Source: an uncultured Actinomycetes bacterium (GTDB lineage: Bacteria; Actinomycetota; Thermoleophilia; Solirubrobacterales; Solirubrobacteraceae). From it: DNA of 64,000 nucleotides. Every line of letters starts with the position of its first letter. The first letter of the stretch is position 1. The DNA is taken from positions 57,337-121,336 of the forward strand of contig CAWDWM010000008.1 of the NCBI GenBank assembly GCA_963806015.1, given 5' to 3'. Below, piece by piece: positions 45,256 to 56,311 of this stretch. A model generated the notes under the pieces. That model did no database searches, was not told the origin of the DNA, and saw only the letters and a program-made list of their open reading frames with translations. Made by a program: the position numbers and the translations under genes.

Positions 45256-46731
45256 GTGTTCAGCGTCAGCGTAGATCGCCGCCGTACCCAGCGAGGCGAG
45301 CGGCTGCGCCGTCGGGCGGCCGCCACGGCTGTCTCGAGGGTGCTGGTCGAGAGTCCCTCGCACGAGGTGGTTCGTGGCCGCGACCGCGTGTTCCGCCGCG
45401 CGCTCGTGGGCGCCGACCTCCTCGCCGGCCTGCTCGTGGTGGGGCTGGCCGACCGCCTCTTCGGCGTCTTCGGCCCGGGGGAGGCCGCCTTCGCGCTGCT
45501 TCCGCTGATCGTCGTCATAAACACCTCGTGTGGGCTGTACCGGCGTGATGAGCTGCTCCTGCGCAAGAGCACCCTCGACGAGGCGCCCGCGGTGTTCCAT
45601 GCCGCCACGCTCACCACGGTCGTCGCGTTTCTGCTCGAGAGCGTCCTGCTGCGCACGCCCATGAGCGCACACCTGATGGCCGTCACCTGGATCGGGCTGA
45701 CCGTCCTGGAGATCGCGTGCCGTGTGGCGGCCCGCGCGATCGCGCGAGCGGCCACCGCGCCCGAGCGCTGCCTGCTGGTCGGCGACGCGGCCATCGCCGA
45801 CCGGGTCCGCGCCAAGTTGCTGGCCAGCCCCAACGTGAAGGCCACGTTCGTGGGGTGGATCCCCCTGGACGCGCGGCCGGGGACCACCACCGCCCCGGTC
45901 CTGGGCACCCCGGACGAGCTCGACCGCGTCGTCGCCGAGCACGACGTCCATCGCGTGATCGTCGCCGGGGACGCCGCGGCGCACCAGTCCGTGCTCGACG
46001 TCATTCAGCGCGCCAAGGCGATGGGCATGCGGGTCAGCGTGCTGCCGCGGATGTTCGAGGTGGTCGGCTCGTCGGCGGCGTTCGACTACCTGGACGGCCT
46101 CACGATGCTCGGTGTGCGGCGCTTCGGCCTGTCGCCGGCGTCGCGCCGCGTCAAGCGCGCGTTCGACGTCGTCGGCTCGGCGTTCTGCCTCGTGCTGCTT
46201 GCGCCGCTCATGATCGCGATCGCGCTGCTCGTCAGGCTCACCTCGCCCGGGCCGGCGCTGTTCCGCCAGACGCGGGTCGGGCGTGACGGCCGCACCTTCG
46301 AGATGCTCAAGTACCGCTCGATGCACGATGGCGCGGATGCGCGCAAGGCCGAGCTGCTGGGGCGCAACGAGGCCGACGGGCTGTTCAAGATCGCCGACGA
46401 TCCGCGGATCACGCGGCTCGGGCGCTGGCTGCGAAAGACGTCGCTCGACGAGCTCCCGCAGCTGGTCAACGTCCTGCGCGGCCAGATGAGCCTCGTCGGC
46501 CCGCGCCCGCTGGTGGTCGAGGACGACCGGCGCGTCGAGGGCTGGTACCGCCGGCGTCTGCACCTGACGCCCGGCATCACCGGCGAGTGGCAGGTGTTCG
46601 GCGCCGCCCGCATCCCGCTGCGCGAGATGGTCACCATCGACTATCTGTACGTCTCGAACTGGTCGCTGTGGGCGGACATCAAGATCCTGCTGCGCACGAT
46701 TCCGTGCGTGGTGGGCCGGCGCGGCCAGTGA
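45256..46731 (+). CDS. polyprenyl-phosphate glycosyl-1-phosphate transferase (WbaP/EpsB-type priming enzyme)
   Basis: The C-terminal bacterial sugar-transferase domain carries KRAFDVVGSAFCLVLLAPLM, FRQTRVGRDGRTFEMLKYRSM, DELPQL, GQMSLVGPRP and DIKILLRT. The start is uncertain (GTG 45256). Confidence 0.85.
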   Translation: MFSVSVDRRRTQRGERLRRRAAATAVSRVLVESPSHEVVRGRDRVFRRALVGADLLAGLLVVGLADRLFGVFGPGEAAFALLPLIVVINTSCGLYRRDELLLRKSTLDEAPAVFHAATLTTVVAFLLESVLLRTPMSAHLMAVTWIGLTVLEIACRVAARAIARAATAPERCLLVGDAAIADRVRAKLLASPNVKATFVGWIPLDARPGTTTAPVLGTPDELDRVVAEHDVHRVIVAGDAAAHQSVLDVIQRAKAMGMRVSVLPRMFEVVGSSAAFDYLDGLTMLGVRRFGLSPASRRVKRAFDVVGSAFCLVLLAPLMIAIALLVRLTSPGPALFRQTRVGRDGRTFEMLKYRSMHDGADARKAELLGRNEADGLFKIADDPRITRLGRWLRKTSLDELPQLVNVLRGQMSLVGPRPLVVEDDRRVEGWYRRRLHLTPGITGEWQVFGAARIPLREMVTIDYLYVSNWSLWADIKILLRTIPCVVGRRGQ

Positions 46732-46747
46732 CGCGGGCGGGCCGGCG

Positions 46748-47989
46748 CTAGAGCAGGACGGTGCGGCGCGCGCCCCGCGTCACGCCGCGCAGGTCGACGA
46801 CGAACGGGGCCTGCTCGGCGATCGCATCGTGGTCGACGCCGGGGTGCGCCGTGACGATGAGGGCGAGGTCGGCGCCCTGGAGCGCGTCGTCGAAGCTCAG
46901 GCTCTGAAGGTCGTTGTGAGGCAGGATCGGCACGTGCGGGTCGTGGTAGGCCAGGTCGGCGCCGAGCGCGCCCAGGAGGGCCATGATCTTCAGGGCCGGC
47001 GATTCGCGGACGTCGCCGACGCCGGGCTTGTAGCTGACGCCGAAGACGACGATGCGACTGCCGTTGACCGGCTTGCCCGCCTCGTTGAGCACGCGCTCGA
47101 CCTTCGAGACGCAGTGGTAGGGCATCTGCTGGTTGACCTTGCCCGCCAGCTCGATGAACTCGGTCGTCAGGTCGAACTCGCGCGCGCGCCACGACAGGTA
47201 GAACGGGTCGACCGGCAGGCAGTGCCCGCCCATGCCCGGGCCTGGCTCGAAGCGCATGAACCCATAGGGCTTGGTCGCGGCCGCGTCGATGACCTCCCAG
47301 ATGTCGATGCCCATGCGGTCGGTGAGCATCGCGATCTCGTTGACCATCGCGATGTTGACCGAGCGGAAGATGTTCTCCAGCAGCTTGCTCAGCTCCGCGA
47401 CCTCGGGCGTGGAGACGCGGACGATCTCGTCGCACACCTCCCGGTAGAGGTCCTCGGCGCGGTCGCCGCACGCCTCGGTCAGGCCGCCCAGGATCTTGGG
47501 CGTATTGCGCAGCGTGTAGTCCGAGCGGCCCGGGTCGACGCGTTCGGGCGAGAACGCGAGATGGAAGTCCCGGCCGGCCACGAGGCCCGACTCCTCGAGG
47601 ATCGGCGCCACGCGCTCGCGCGTCGTGCCGGGGTAGGTCGTCGACTCCAGGACCACGAGCTGGCCGGGTTGCAGCAGGTCGGCGAGAACGCGGGTGGCCG
47701 ACACCAGCGGACCGAGGTCCGGCTCGCGGTTGGCGGTGAGCGGCGTCGGGACGCACACCAGCACGGCGTCGCAGCGCGACAGGTTGGCGGCGCGGGTGGT
47801 GGCGTCGAGGCGGTGTCCCACGGCCTGCAGTCGCGGCGAGGGGATGTCCTCGATGTAGGACTCGCCCCGCGTGAGCGCCTCGGTCTTGCGCGGGTCGACG
47901 TCGACGCCGATGACATCGTGGCCCTGCTCGGCGAAGGCCACGGCGAGCGGAAGCCCGACGTAGCCGATCCCCATGATTCCGATCCTCAT
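46748..47989 (-). CDS. nucleotide-sugar dehydrogenase (UDP-ManNAc/UDP-GlcNAc 6-dehydrogenase-like)
   Basis: ATG 47989 has GGGAG upstream. Rossmann motif IGIMGIGYVGLPLA and the catalytic Cys context GMGGHCLPVDP are present. Confidence 0.85.
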   Translation of the reverse strand: MRIGIMGIGYVGLPLAVAFAEQGHDVIGVDVDPRKTEALTRGESYIEDIPSPRLQAVGHRLDATTRAANLSRCDAVLVCVPTPLTANREPDLGPLVSATRVLADLLQPGQLVVLESTTYPGTTRERVAPILEESGLVAGRDFHLAFSPERVDPGRSDYTLRNTPKILGGLTEACGDRAEDLYREVCDEIVRVSTPEVAELSKLLENIFRSVNIAMVNEIAMLTDRMGIDIWEVIDAAATKPYGFMRFEPGPGMGGHCLPVDPFYLSWRAREFDLTTEFIELAGKVNQQMPYHCVSKVERVLNEAGKPVNGSRIVVFGVSYKPGVGDVRESPALKIMALLGALGADLAYHDPHVPILPHNDLQSLSFDDALQGADLALIVTAHPGVDHDAIAEQAPFVVDLRGVTRGARRTVLL

Positions 47990-48381
47990 GCGGTGCTCCC
48001 GGACGGTAGGTCGTTGGCCGGCGTGGCAGAAGCTGCACACATACAACGAGGGCATTTCTGGACCCGCCTATGGCTCTGCTGTCGGAGCCAGGTGGACCAC
48101 GGGTCAGGTGGAACAAGGTATGTGCTGCTTCGCTGTGTGGGTTACACGAAACTAGCATTTGCCACCAACGGTCGCGTGGTGGCGTTCAGCGGCGTAATGA
48201 GGCCAGCGAGCAGTGCACCGGGAGGGACATATTTGGAGTTTCACCGGCCATGTGTGACAAAAACTCTCGACGCGACCGTTCAGTAAGGCGCGTTGGCAAT
48301 CACACCATATTTCGGTGCGCGCCGGCGGATGCGGAGATGCGGACGTCGGCCGAGCGTCGCGGGCGCTTAGGGTAGGCAGCC

Positions 48382-49176
48382 ATGGCGAGCGACGAGTCGG
48401 CAGCATTGACCTATGCGTCCTACCTGGGCCTCGACGACGTGCTGGGGGCGCAGCGGCCGCGCTCCTCCGAGCACGACGAGATCCTCTTCATCGTCATCCA
48501 CCAGGTCTACGAGCTGTGGTTCAAGCAGTTGCTGCACGAGTTCGCCTTCCTGCAGCGCCGCCTGGAGATGGGCGACAGCTCCCGCGTGCTCGGCACGCTC
48601 AAGCGCGTGCTGACGATCCTCAAGACGATCGTCGCGCAGATCGACGTGCTGGAGACGATGACCCCGCGGCAGTTCACGACCTTCCGTGACCGCCTGGATG
48701 CCGCCAGCGGCTTTCAGTCGGCCCAGTTCCGCGAGCTCGAGGCCGTCCTCGGCCGCCGCGATCCCGGCGCCCTGGACCGCTACCCGCCGGGTTCGGCGGA
48801 GCGCCGGCGGATCGCGGACGCGATGGCGCGCCCGAGCCTGCTCGACTCCTTCCTGCGCTACCTGGCGGCCCAGGGCTTCGGCGTTCCGCGCGCGGCGCTC
48901 GAGCGCGACCTCACTCTCCCGGCGGTCCCGTCGGAGGCGGTGCAGGACGTCCTCGTCGACGTCTACCGCGTCGACGGCCCGGAGGCGCAGGTGTGCGAGC
49001 GCCTCGTCGACGTCGACGAGGGGCTGCAGGAGTGGCGCTACCGCCACGTCAAGATGGTCGAGCGGACCATCGGCGACAAGGCGGGCACGGGCGGCTCGTC
49101 GGGGGCGGCGTACCTGCGCACGACGCTCTTCGACGCCGCCTTCCCCGACCTGTGGGCCGTACGCAGCCGCCTGTGA
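48382..49176 (+). CDS. kynA: tryptophan 2,3-dioxygenase
   Basis: YASYLGLDDVLGAQRP...HDEILFIVIHQVYELWFKQ...SGFQSAQFR...WRYRHVKMVERTIG...GTGGSSG are canonical TDO motifs. Confidence 0.9.
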   Translation: MASDESAALTYASYLGLDDVLGAQRPRSSEHDEILFIVIHQVYELWFKQLLHEFAFLQRRLEMGDSSRVLGTLKRVLTILKTIVAQIDVLETMTPRQFTTFRDRLDAASGFQSAQFRELEAVLGRRDPGALDRYPPGSAERRRIADAMARPSLLDSFLRYLAAQGFGVPRAALERDLTLPAVPSEAVQDVLVDVYRVDGPEAQVCERLVDVDEGLQEWRYRHVKMVERTIGDKAGTGGSSGAAYLRTTLFDAAFPDLWAVRSRL

Positions 49177-50339
49177 ACCCGCTGGCCCAGCACTACTCGC
49201 GCTTCCGCGTCGCCGAGCGGCTGCTGCTGACCGGGCACTCCCACCAGGCGTGGCCGGACGTCGCGCTCGAGGGCCAGGTCGAGGCCTTCGACGACGCCGC
49301 CCGCGACGTGGACGAGAAGTGGGGGCGGGCGTTCGCGAAGGCCGAGGAGGTGCGCGCCGGCTTCCGGGCGCTGCTCGGCGACCCGAGCGGCGAGATCGCC
49401 CTGGGCGTCAACACCCACGAGCTCATCATCCGCCTGCTCTCAGCGCTCGACCTGGACCGGCGCCCGCGCCTCGTGAGCACCGACGGCGAGTTCCACACGC
49501 TGCGCCGCCAGCTCGCTCGCCTCGCCGAGGCCGGGCTGGAGGTCGTCCGGTTGCCCGCGCAGCCGGCGGACACGCTTGCCGCGCGCCTGGCCGACGCCGT
49601 CGACGAGCGCACCAGCGCGGTGCTCGTCTCCGCCGTGCTGTTCGAGACCGCGCACATCGTCCCCGGGCTCGGGGATGTCGCGCGCGCGTGCGCGAGCAGC
49701 GGCGCCGAGCTGGTGGTGGACGCCTACCACGCGCTGGGGAGCGTCCCGTTCGCCCTCCACGACCTCGGGCTGGGCTCGGCGTGGGTGGTCGGGGGCGGCT
49801 ACAAGTACCTGCAGCTCGGCGAGGGCAACTGCTTTCTGCGCTTGCCGGCGCACGCCGATGACCTGCGTCCCGTCGTGACCGGGTGGTACGCGGAGTTCGG
49901 CGCGCTCGCCGACGAGCACGACCCGTCGCGCGTTCCCTACGGCCGCGGGGCCGAGCGCTTCGCCGGCTCGACGTACGACCCGACGAGCCACTACCGCGCC
50001 GCGCGCGTGTTCGCGTTCTTCGCGGCGCAGGGCCTGACCCCCGAGCGCCTGCGCGCGTCCTACCGCCGGCAGGTCGACCTGCTCGCCGCGGGCTTCGACG
50101 CGCTCGGCGCGCCGGAGGAGATCATCACGCGCGAGCGCGCCATTCCGCTGGAGCGCTTCGGCGGCTTCCTCGCGCTGCGCTCGGCGCGCGCCGGCGAGCT
50201 CCAGCGGGCGCTCGCCGAGCGGGGCGTGCTCACCGACAGCCGCGGCGCGTGGCTGCGGCTCGGGCCGGCGCCCTACCTGTCGGATGCACAGCTGGAGGCC
50301 GCGATCGCGCATCTCGGCGCGGTGATCGCCAGGGTCTAG
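49173..50339 (+). CDS. kynU: kynureninase-like PLP-dependent enzyme
   Basis: GTGA-coupled to kynA. It belongs to the class V aminotransferase fold, with GGGYKYLQLGEG at the PLP-lysine region typical of kynureninases. Confidence 0.7.
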   Translation: MNPLAQHYSRFRVAERLLLTGHSHQAWPDVALEGQVEAFDDAARDVDEKWGRAFAKAEEVRAGFRALLGDPSGEIALGVNTHELIIRLLSALDLDRRPRLVSTDGEFHTLRRQLARLAEAGLEVVRLPAQPADTLAARLADAVDERTSAVLVSAVLFETAHIVPGLGDVARACASSGAELVVDAYHALGSVPFALHDLGLGSAWVVGGGYKYLQLGEGNCFLRLPAHADDLRPVVTGWYAEFGALADEHDPSRVPYGRGAERFAGSTYDPTSHYRAARVFAFFAAQGLTPERLRASYRRQVDLLAAGFDALGAPEEIITRERAIPLERFGGFLALRSARAGELQRALAERGVLTDSRGAWLRLGPAPYLSDAQLEAAIAHLGAVIARV

Positions 50340-50379
50340 TTCGTGATTGGTTCCTGGCCGCGCCGGGCAGCACGAACGC

Positions 50380-50693
50380 ATGGCCAAGAGCAACCGAAAC
50401 GACGATCTCTTCGACCAGCTGCGCGCCCGCGGTGTGCGCAAGAAGGTCGCCAAGGCGCTCGCGTCCGCCACCGACGGGGCAAAGGGGAGCAAGCGCGCCG
50501 AGGCGCTCGCGCAGACCGCGATTGCCGATCTGCGTTCGGCGAGCGACGCGATCAAGGACCGCGTCGTCGACCGCGACGCGGCCAAGAAGCGCAGCGAGGC
50601 GGCGAAGAAGGCCGCGCGCACGCGCCAGCGCAAGGCGGCCCAGCGCCGGGCCGCGGCCAAGAAGGGCGCGGCGACACGCGGTCGCGCCTCGCG

Positions 50694-50697
<4 letters not shown>
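50380..50697 (+). CDS. small basic hypothetical protein
   Basis: ATG 50380 ([23 protein letters not shown]...). The 105-aa product is Lys/Arg/Ala-rich and helical, with a plausible GC3 bias. No family recognised. Confidence 0.45.
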
Positions 50698-52349
<1,652 letters not shown>

Positions 52350-52708
52350 GGCGACTGAGGGTAGCCATGCTGGTGTCGAGCCTCCCGCCGGGTGTAGCGT
52401 CGGCTCATGGCTGAACCCAAGAAGCAAGCGAGCGGCTGGTTCGCGCGCTGGCGCGAGCGCCGCCGCCAAGCCGCGCGCCGCGCGGGCGAGATCCAGGCGC
52501 GCGCGCGTGAGGCGCGACACGCCGGTTCCGTCCGGGCTGACGGCCGCGGGTCAGGCGACGGCCCCGGGGGCGCGGGCGGGATCTGAACCGAGCACGGCGG
52601 GGTCGATCGACGACCGCACCTGAGCTCTGACCCGGGCTCCTCAGGCAGAGCCTGGACTGCAGGTAGCCGCACCTCGCCACCGGGCGATGCTCGCTACGGT
52701 CAAAGGTC

Positions 52709-53596
52709 GTGTCCCAGGGTCTTGCCATCCGCCTGCGCGGCGTCGTCAAGCGCTACGGAGAGATCACCGCGGTCGCCGGCCTCGACCTCGACGTCCCCGA
52801 GGGGACGTGCGTCGGGCTGCTCGGGCCCAACGGCGCGGGCAAGACGACGACGATGAAGATGCTCACGGCACAGGCGATCGCCGACGAGGGCGAGCTCGAG
52901 GTCCTCGGCCACGTGCTGCCCGGCGACTCGAAGGCGGCGCGCGCGCTGTGCGGCGTCGTCCCGCAGCTCGACAACCTCGACGTCACGCTGACCACCGAGC
53001 AGAACCTGCTCGTCTTCGCGCACCTCTACCGCATCCCGCGCGCGGAGCGCCGCGCCGCGATCGACTGGGCGCTGGACCTCGCCAACCTGCGCGACCGCCG
53101 CGACACGCGCGTGGACCGGCTCTCGGGCGGGATGCGCCGCAGGCTGCTCATCGCGCGCGCCCTCGTGCACCGTCCGCGGTTGCTGCTGCTCGACGAGCCG
53201 ACCGTCGGCCTGGATCCGCAGGTGCGCCAGGAGCTGTGGGCGCTGATCGACAGCCTGCGCAGCGAGGGCACCTCGATCCTCATGTCCACGCACTACATCG
53301 AGGAGGCCCAGCGCCTCGCCGACACGGTGACGATCATGTCGCACGGCAGCGCGGTCGCGGTCGGCCCGCCGGCCGTGCTCGTGGCCGAGCACGCCGGCGC
53401 TGAGGCGGTCGAGGTCTACGGTCCGCCGGCGCGGCTGACCGAGGTCGAGCTCTCGGCGCGGGAGCAGGGCCTGCGCACGCGGCGGACGGGCACCAGCATC
53501 GCGGTGCTCGGCAACGGCCACGGCCTCGACGGCGAGCGCCGGCCGGCCAACCTCGAGGACGTCTTCGTGTTGCTCACCGGAGAGGAGATCGCGTGA
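52709..53596 (+). CDS. ABC transporter ATP-binding protein (DrrA/NodI-like)
   Basis: Walker [11 protein letters not shown], signature LSGGMRRR and Walker [16 protein letters not shown] start. Confidence 0.85.
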   Translation: MSQGLAIRLRGVVKRYGEITAVAGLDLDVPEGTCVGLLGPNGAGKTTTMKMLTAQAIADEGELEVLGHVLPGDSKAARALCGVVPQLDNLDVTLTTEQNLLVFAHLYRIPRAERRAAIDWALDLANLRDRRDTRVDRLSGGMRRRLLIARALVHRPRLLLLDEPTVGLDPQVRQELWALIDSLRSEGTSILMSTHYIEEAQRLADTVTIMSHGSAVAVGPPAVLVAEHAGAEAVEVYGPPARLTEVELSAREQGLRTRRTGTSIAVLGNGHGLDGERRPANLEDVFVLLTGEEIA

Positions 53597-54363
53597 ACGG
53601 TCGTCTGGAGCGCTCCGCGCTGAGCGGCGTGCTCGTCCGTGAGGTCGTGAACTTCTCCTCGTTCTGGAAGTCCACCACCTTCTCCTCGACGGTCCAGCCG
53701 ACGATCTACCTGATCGCGTTCGGCTTCGGCTTCGGCTCGCTGGTCACGACGGTCGACGGCTACGACTACGTGGAGTTCGTGGCCACCGGCACGGTCGCCA
53801 CGGGCGTGCTCTTCGCGAGCGTCTTCCCGGCGATGTTCGGGACCTTCGTCAAATTCCAGTTCCAGCGGACCTACGACGCGATCCTCGCGGCGCCGGTCGA
53901 CACCGAGGAGCTCGTGACCGCCGAGGCGCTGTGGATCGGGGCGCGCGCGGGGGTCTACGGCAGCGTGCCGCTGCTGGTGGGCATGGTCTTCGGCCTGGAT
54001 CCTGCGTGGGGCATGCTCACCGTGCCCTTCATCGGCTTCCTGGCCGGCTTCGGCTGGGGCTCGTGCGGGATCATGATCGCCGGGATCGTGAAGTCGATCG
54101 ACGGCTTCAGCTACGTGAGCGCCGCGCTGCTGACGCCGCTCTTCCTCGTCGCCGGCACCTTCTTCCCGCTCACCTCGCTGCCGCACTGGGCACAGGTGCT
54201 GGGGAACCTCAACCCGCTGTATCACCTCGTCCAGCTGGTCCGCGACGCCTCGTTCGGCTGGCAGGGCTGGGCCGACGTCGGCCACCTCGCGGTGATCATC
54301 GGCTTCGGCCTGGTCATGTGGCGCCTGGCGATCGTCTTCCTGCAACGCCGGCTGATCGACTAG
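53593..54363 (+). CDS. ABC-2 type transporter permease (DrrB/NodJ-like)
   Basis: GTGA-coupled to the ATPase. Six-TM ABC-2 architecture. Confidence 0.8.
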   Translation: MNGRLERSALSGVLVREVVNFSSFWKSTTFSSTVQPTIYLIAFGFGFGSLVTTVDGYDYVEFVATGTVATGVLFASVFPAMFGTFVKFQFQRTYDAILAAPVDTEELVTAEALWIGARAGVYGSVPLLVGMVFGLDPAWGMLTVPFIGFLAGFGWGSCGIMIAGIVKSIDGFSYVSAALLTPLFLVAGTFFPLTSLPHWAQVLGNLNPLYHLVQLVRDASFGWQGWADVGHLAVIIGFGLVMWRLAIVFLQRRLID

Positions 54364-55186
54364 CGCAGGTCAACGGCGTCGAGCTCTGCGACGAGACGTT
54401 CGGCGCGCGGGCCGACCCGCCCGTCCTGCTCATCATGGGGGCGGCCGCTTCGATGGACTGGTGGGAGGACGACTCTTGCGAGCGCCTGGCGGCGGACCCA
54501 CGGTTCGTCATCCGCTACGACCACCGCGACACGGGCCAGTCTGTGAGCTATGCGCCGGGCGCCCCGGGATACACGGGCGATGATCTGATCGCCGACGCCA
54601 TCGGGGTGCTCGACGCGCTCGGCGTGGACAGGGCGCACGTCGTGGGCCAGTCGATGGGCGGGGCTCTCGCGCAGGTGATCGCGCTCGAGCATCCCGGGCG
54701 TGTCGCCTCGCTCACGCTCATCGCCACCAGTCCGGCGGGCCCGGGCGAGCCCGACCTCCCGGACATGACCGCCGAGGGGCGTGCCGCCTTCACGCAGGTG
54801 ATGGAGCCCGACTGGTCGGACCGCGCAGCGGTGATCGACTACGCGACGGAGCTCTCGCGCGCCTGCGCGGGCCGCTCGACGAGCGCGGAACGCGCGCGCT
54901 GTGGGAGCGCATGCTGGACCGCACGACCAACATCGAGTCGAGCATGAAGAACCACTACGCGACGGAGGGCGGCGGCCGCTGGCGCGAGCGCCTCGCAACG
55001 CTCGTCATGCCGGCGCTCGTCGTTCACGGCACCGAGGACCCGATGTTCCCCGTCGCGCACGGCGAAGCGCTGGCGCGCGAGATCCCCGGCGCCGAGCTGC
55101 TCGTCCTGGAGGGATCGGGCCACGAGCTGGCGCGACGCGATTGGGACGTCGTGGTGCCGGCGATCCTGCGCCTCACGCGGTCCTAG
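54318..55186 (+). pseudogene. alpha/beta hydrolase with one apparent -1 frameshift
   Basis: Frame 1 carries PPVLLIMGAAASMDWW...HVVGQSMGGALA (nucleophile elbow GxSxG)...DYATELSRACAG. Frame 2 continues PLDERGTRALWERMLDR...VVHGTEDPMFP...GSGHEL. A base appears to be missing near 54868-54874. The start is uncertain. Confidence 0.65.
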
Positions 55187-55452
55187 CTGTAAATCCCGAG
55201 GACGTTGTTCGGGTCGGGCCCGAGGTCGTTGCGCCGATACGCCGCGTGGCCGCGTGGTCGCGGGAGCGAGTGGCAGGCCAAGCGTCCCGACTAAGGGTCG
55301 TCTGGCGACCTTAGGCCGGGACGCTGACGCAGGATTCGCCTTCACTGCCCGCCACCGTCCTGCCCTGAGGTCACAGGACACTTCACGCCAACACCCCTGC
55401 ACCATCGCCGCGCATCCCAGCAGGAACGACGTGCCCGGGAACTACACCTAGC

Positions 55453-56283
55453 TCACGCGGGAAGGGTGAACGGCGCGGGCTGAGAGCCGTCGACGTCGGT
55501 GAACCCGTAGCTGCGCGCGAGGTCGCCGGCGGTGAGCAGCTCGCCCGTACGCGCGAGGTGGTCGGGGTCGGCGGCGAGGTGGGCGATCGCGCGGCCCAGG
55601 TACTCGGGAGACTCGGTGGCCGAGAGGTCGAAGGGATCCGCCGCGTGGGCGGCCAGGACGCGCTCGGTGCGCATGAAGCCGGGGGCGATCGCGACCGCCG
55701 TCACCCGCCGCTCGCGCAGGTCGTGGGCCATGGCGAACGCGAAGCGCGCGATGCAGGCCTTGGCCGCGTCGTAGATCGCGCTGCCGGTGTACGCGCCCTG
55801 GGCCCAGGCGATCGTGCAGGCGACGAGCGCGCCTTCGACCAGCAGCGGTGCCGCGCGGTGGCTGGTCAGCATGGTCGGCCACACGCCGGCGCCGAACATC
55901 GCGTCCCAGCGCCGCTGCAGCGGCTGCTCCCAGAACGGCGCGGCGAAGCGGGCGCCGTCGTACTGCTCGTAGCCGCCCCAGGCGTTGTTGACGAGCAGGT
56001 CCAGACCGCCGTGGTCGGCCTCGATGCGCGCCACGAGCGCCTCCACCTGCGCCGGGTCGGTGTGATCGCACACGACGCCGATGCCGGCGCCGCCGCGCGC
56101 GGTCACGGCATCGGCCGCGTCCTGGACGGTGCCGGGCATGTCCTCGGTGCGCGTCCCCGCGCGCGACGAGCGCCCGGTGACGTAGACCGTGGCGCCGCCC
56201 TCGCCCAGGACGGCGGCGATGGCGGCGCCGGCGCCCCGGCTGGCGCCGGTGACCAGGGCGACGCGGTCGGAGAGGTCGGGCAT
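55453..56283 (-). CDS. SDR family oxidoreductase
   Basis: Starts at ATG 56283 (MPDLSDRVALVTGASRGAGAAIA, TGxxxGxG). The NNAWG and YDAAK (YxxxK) motifs are present. Confidence 0.85.
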   Translation of the reverse strand: MPDLSDRVALVTGASRGAGAAIAAVLGEGGATVYVTGRSSRAGTRTEDMPGTVQDAADAVTARGGAGIGVVCDHTDPAQVEALVARIEADHGGLDLLVNNAWGGYEQYDGARFAAPFWEQPLQRRWDAMFGAGVWPTMLTSHRAAPLLVEGALVACTIAWAQGAYTGSAIYDAAKACIARFAFAMAHDLRERRVTAVAIAPGFMRTERVLAAHAADPFDLSATESPEYLGRAIAHLAADPDHLARTGELLTAGDLARSYGFTDVDGSQPAPFTLPA

Positions 56284-56311
56284 GGCTGTAATACTAAACG
56301 AAGATTCACAA
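56284..56311. promoter_or_regulatory. 28-bp AT-rich divergent intergenic region (SDR / TetR) with imperfect palindrome
   Basis: GCTGTAATACTAAACGAAGATTCACAA contains TGTAAT...ATTCACA. It is the only AT-rich stretch in this neighbourhood. The spacing is too short for 5' UTRs on both sides. Confidence 0.4.

Noticed and set aside
55187-55452. Possible relic of a gene 3' end on the minus strand (...AAYRRNDLGPDPNNVLGIYS*), vaguely like the C-terminus of FAD-linked oxidases
   Set aside because: The similarity is limited to a few residues, and the upstream frame shows no further resemblance. I treat the region as intergenic.
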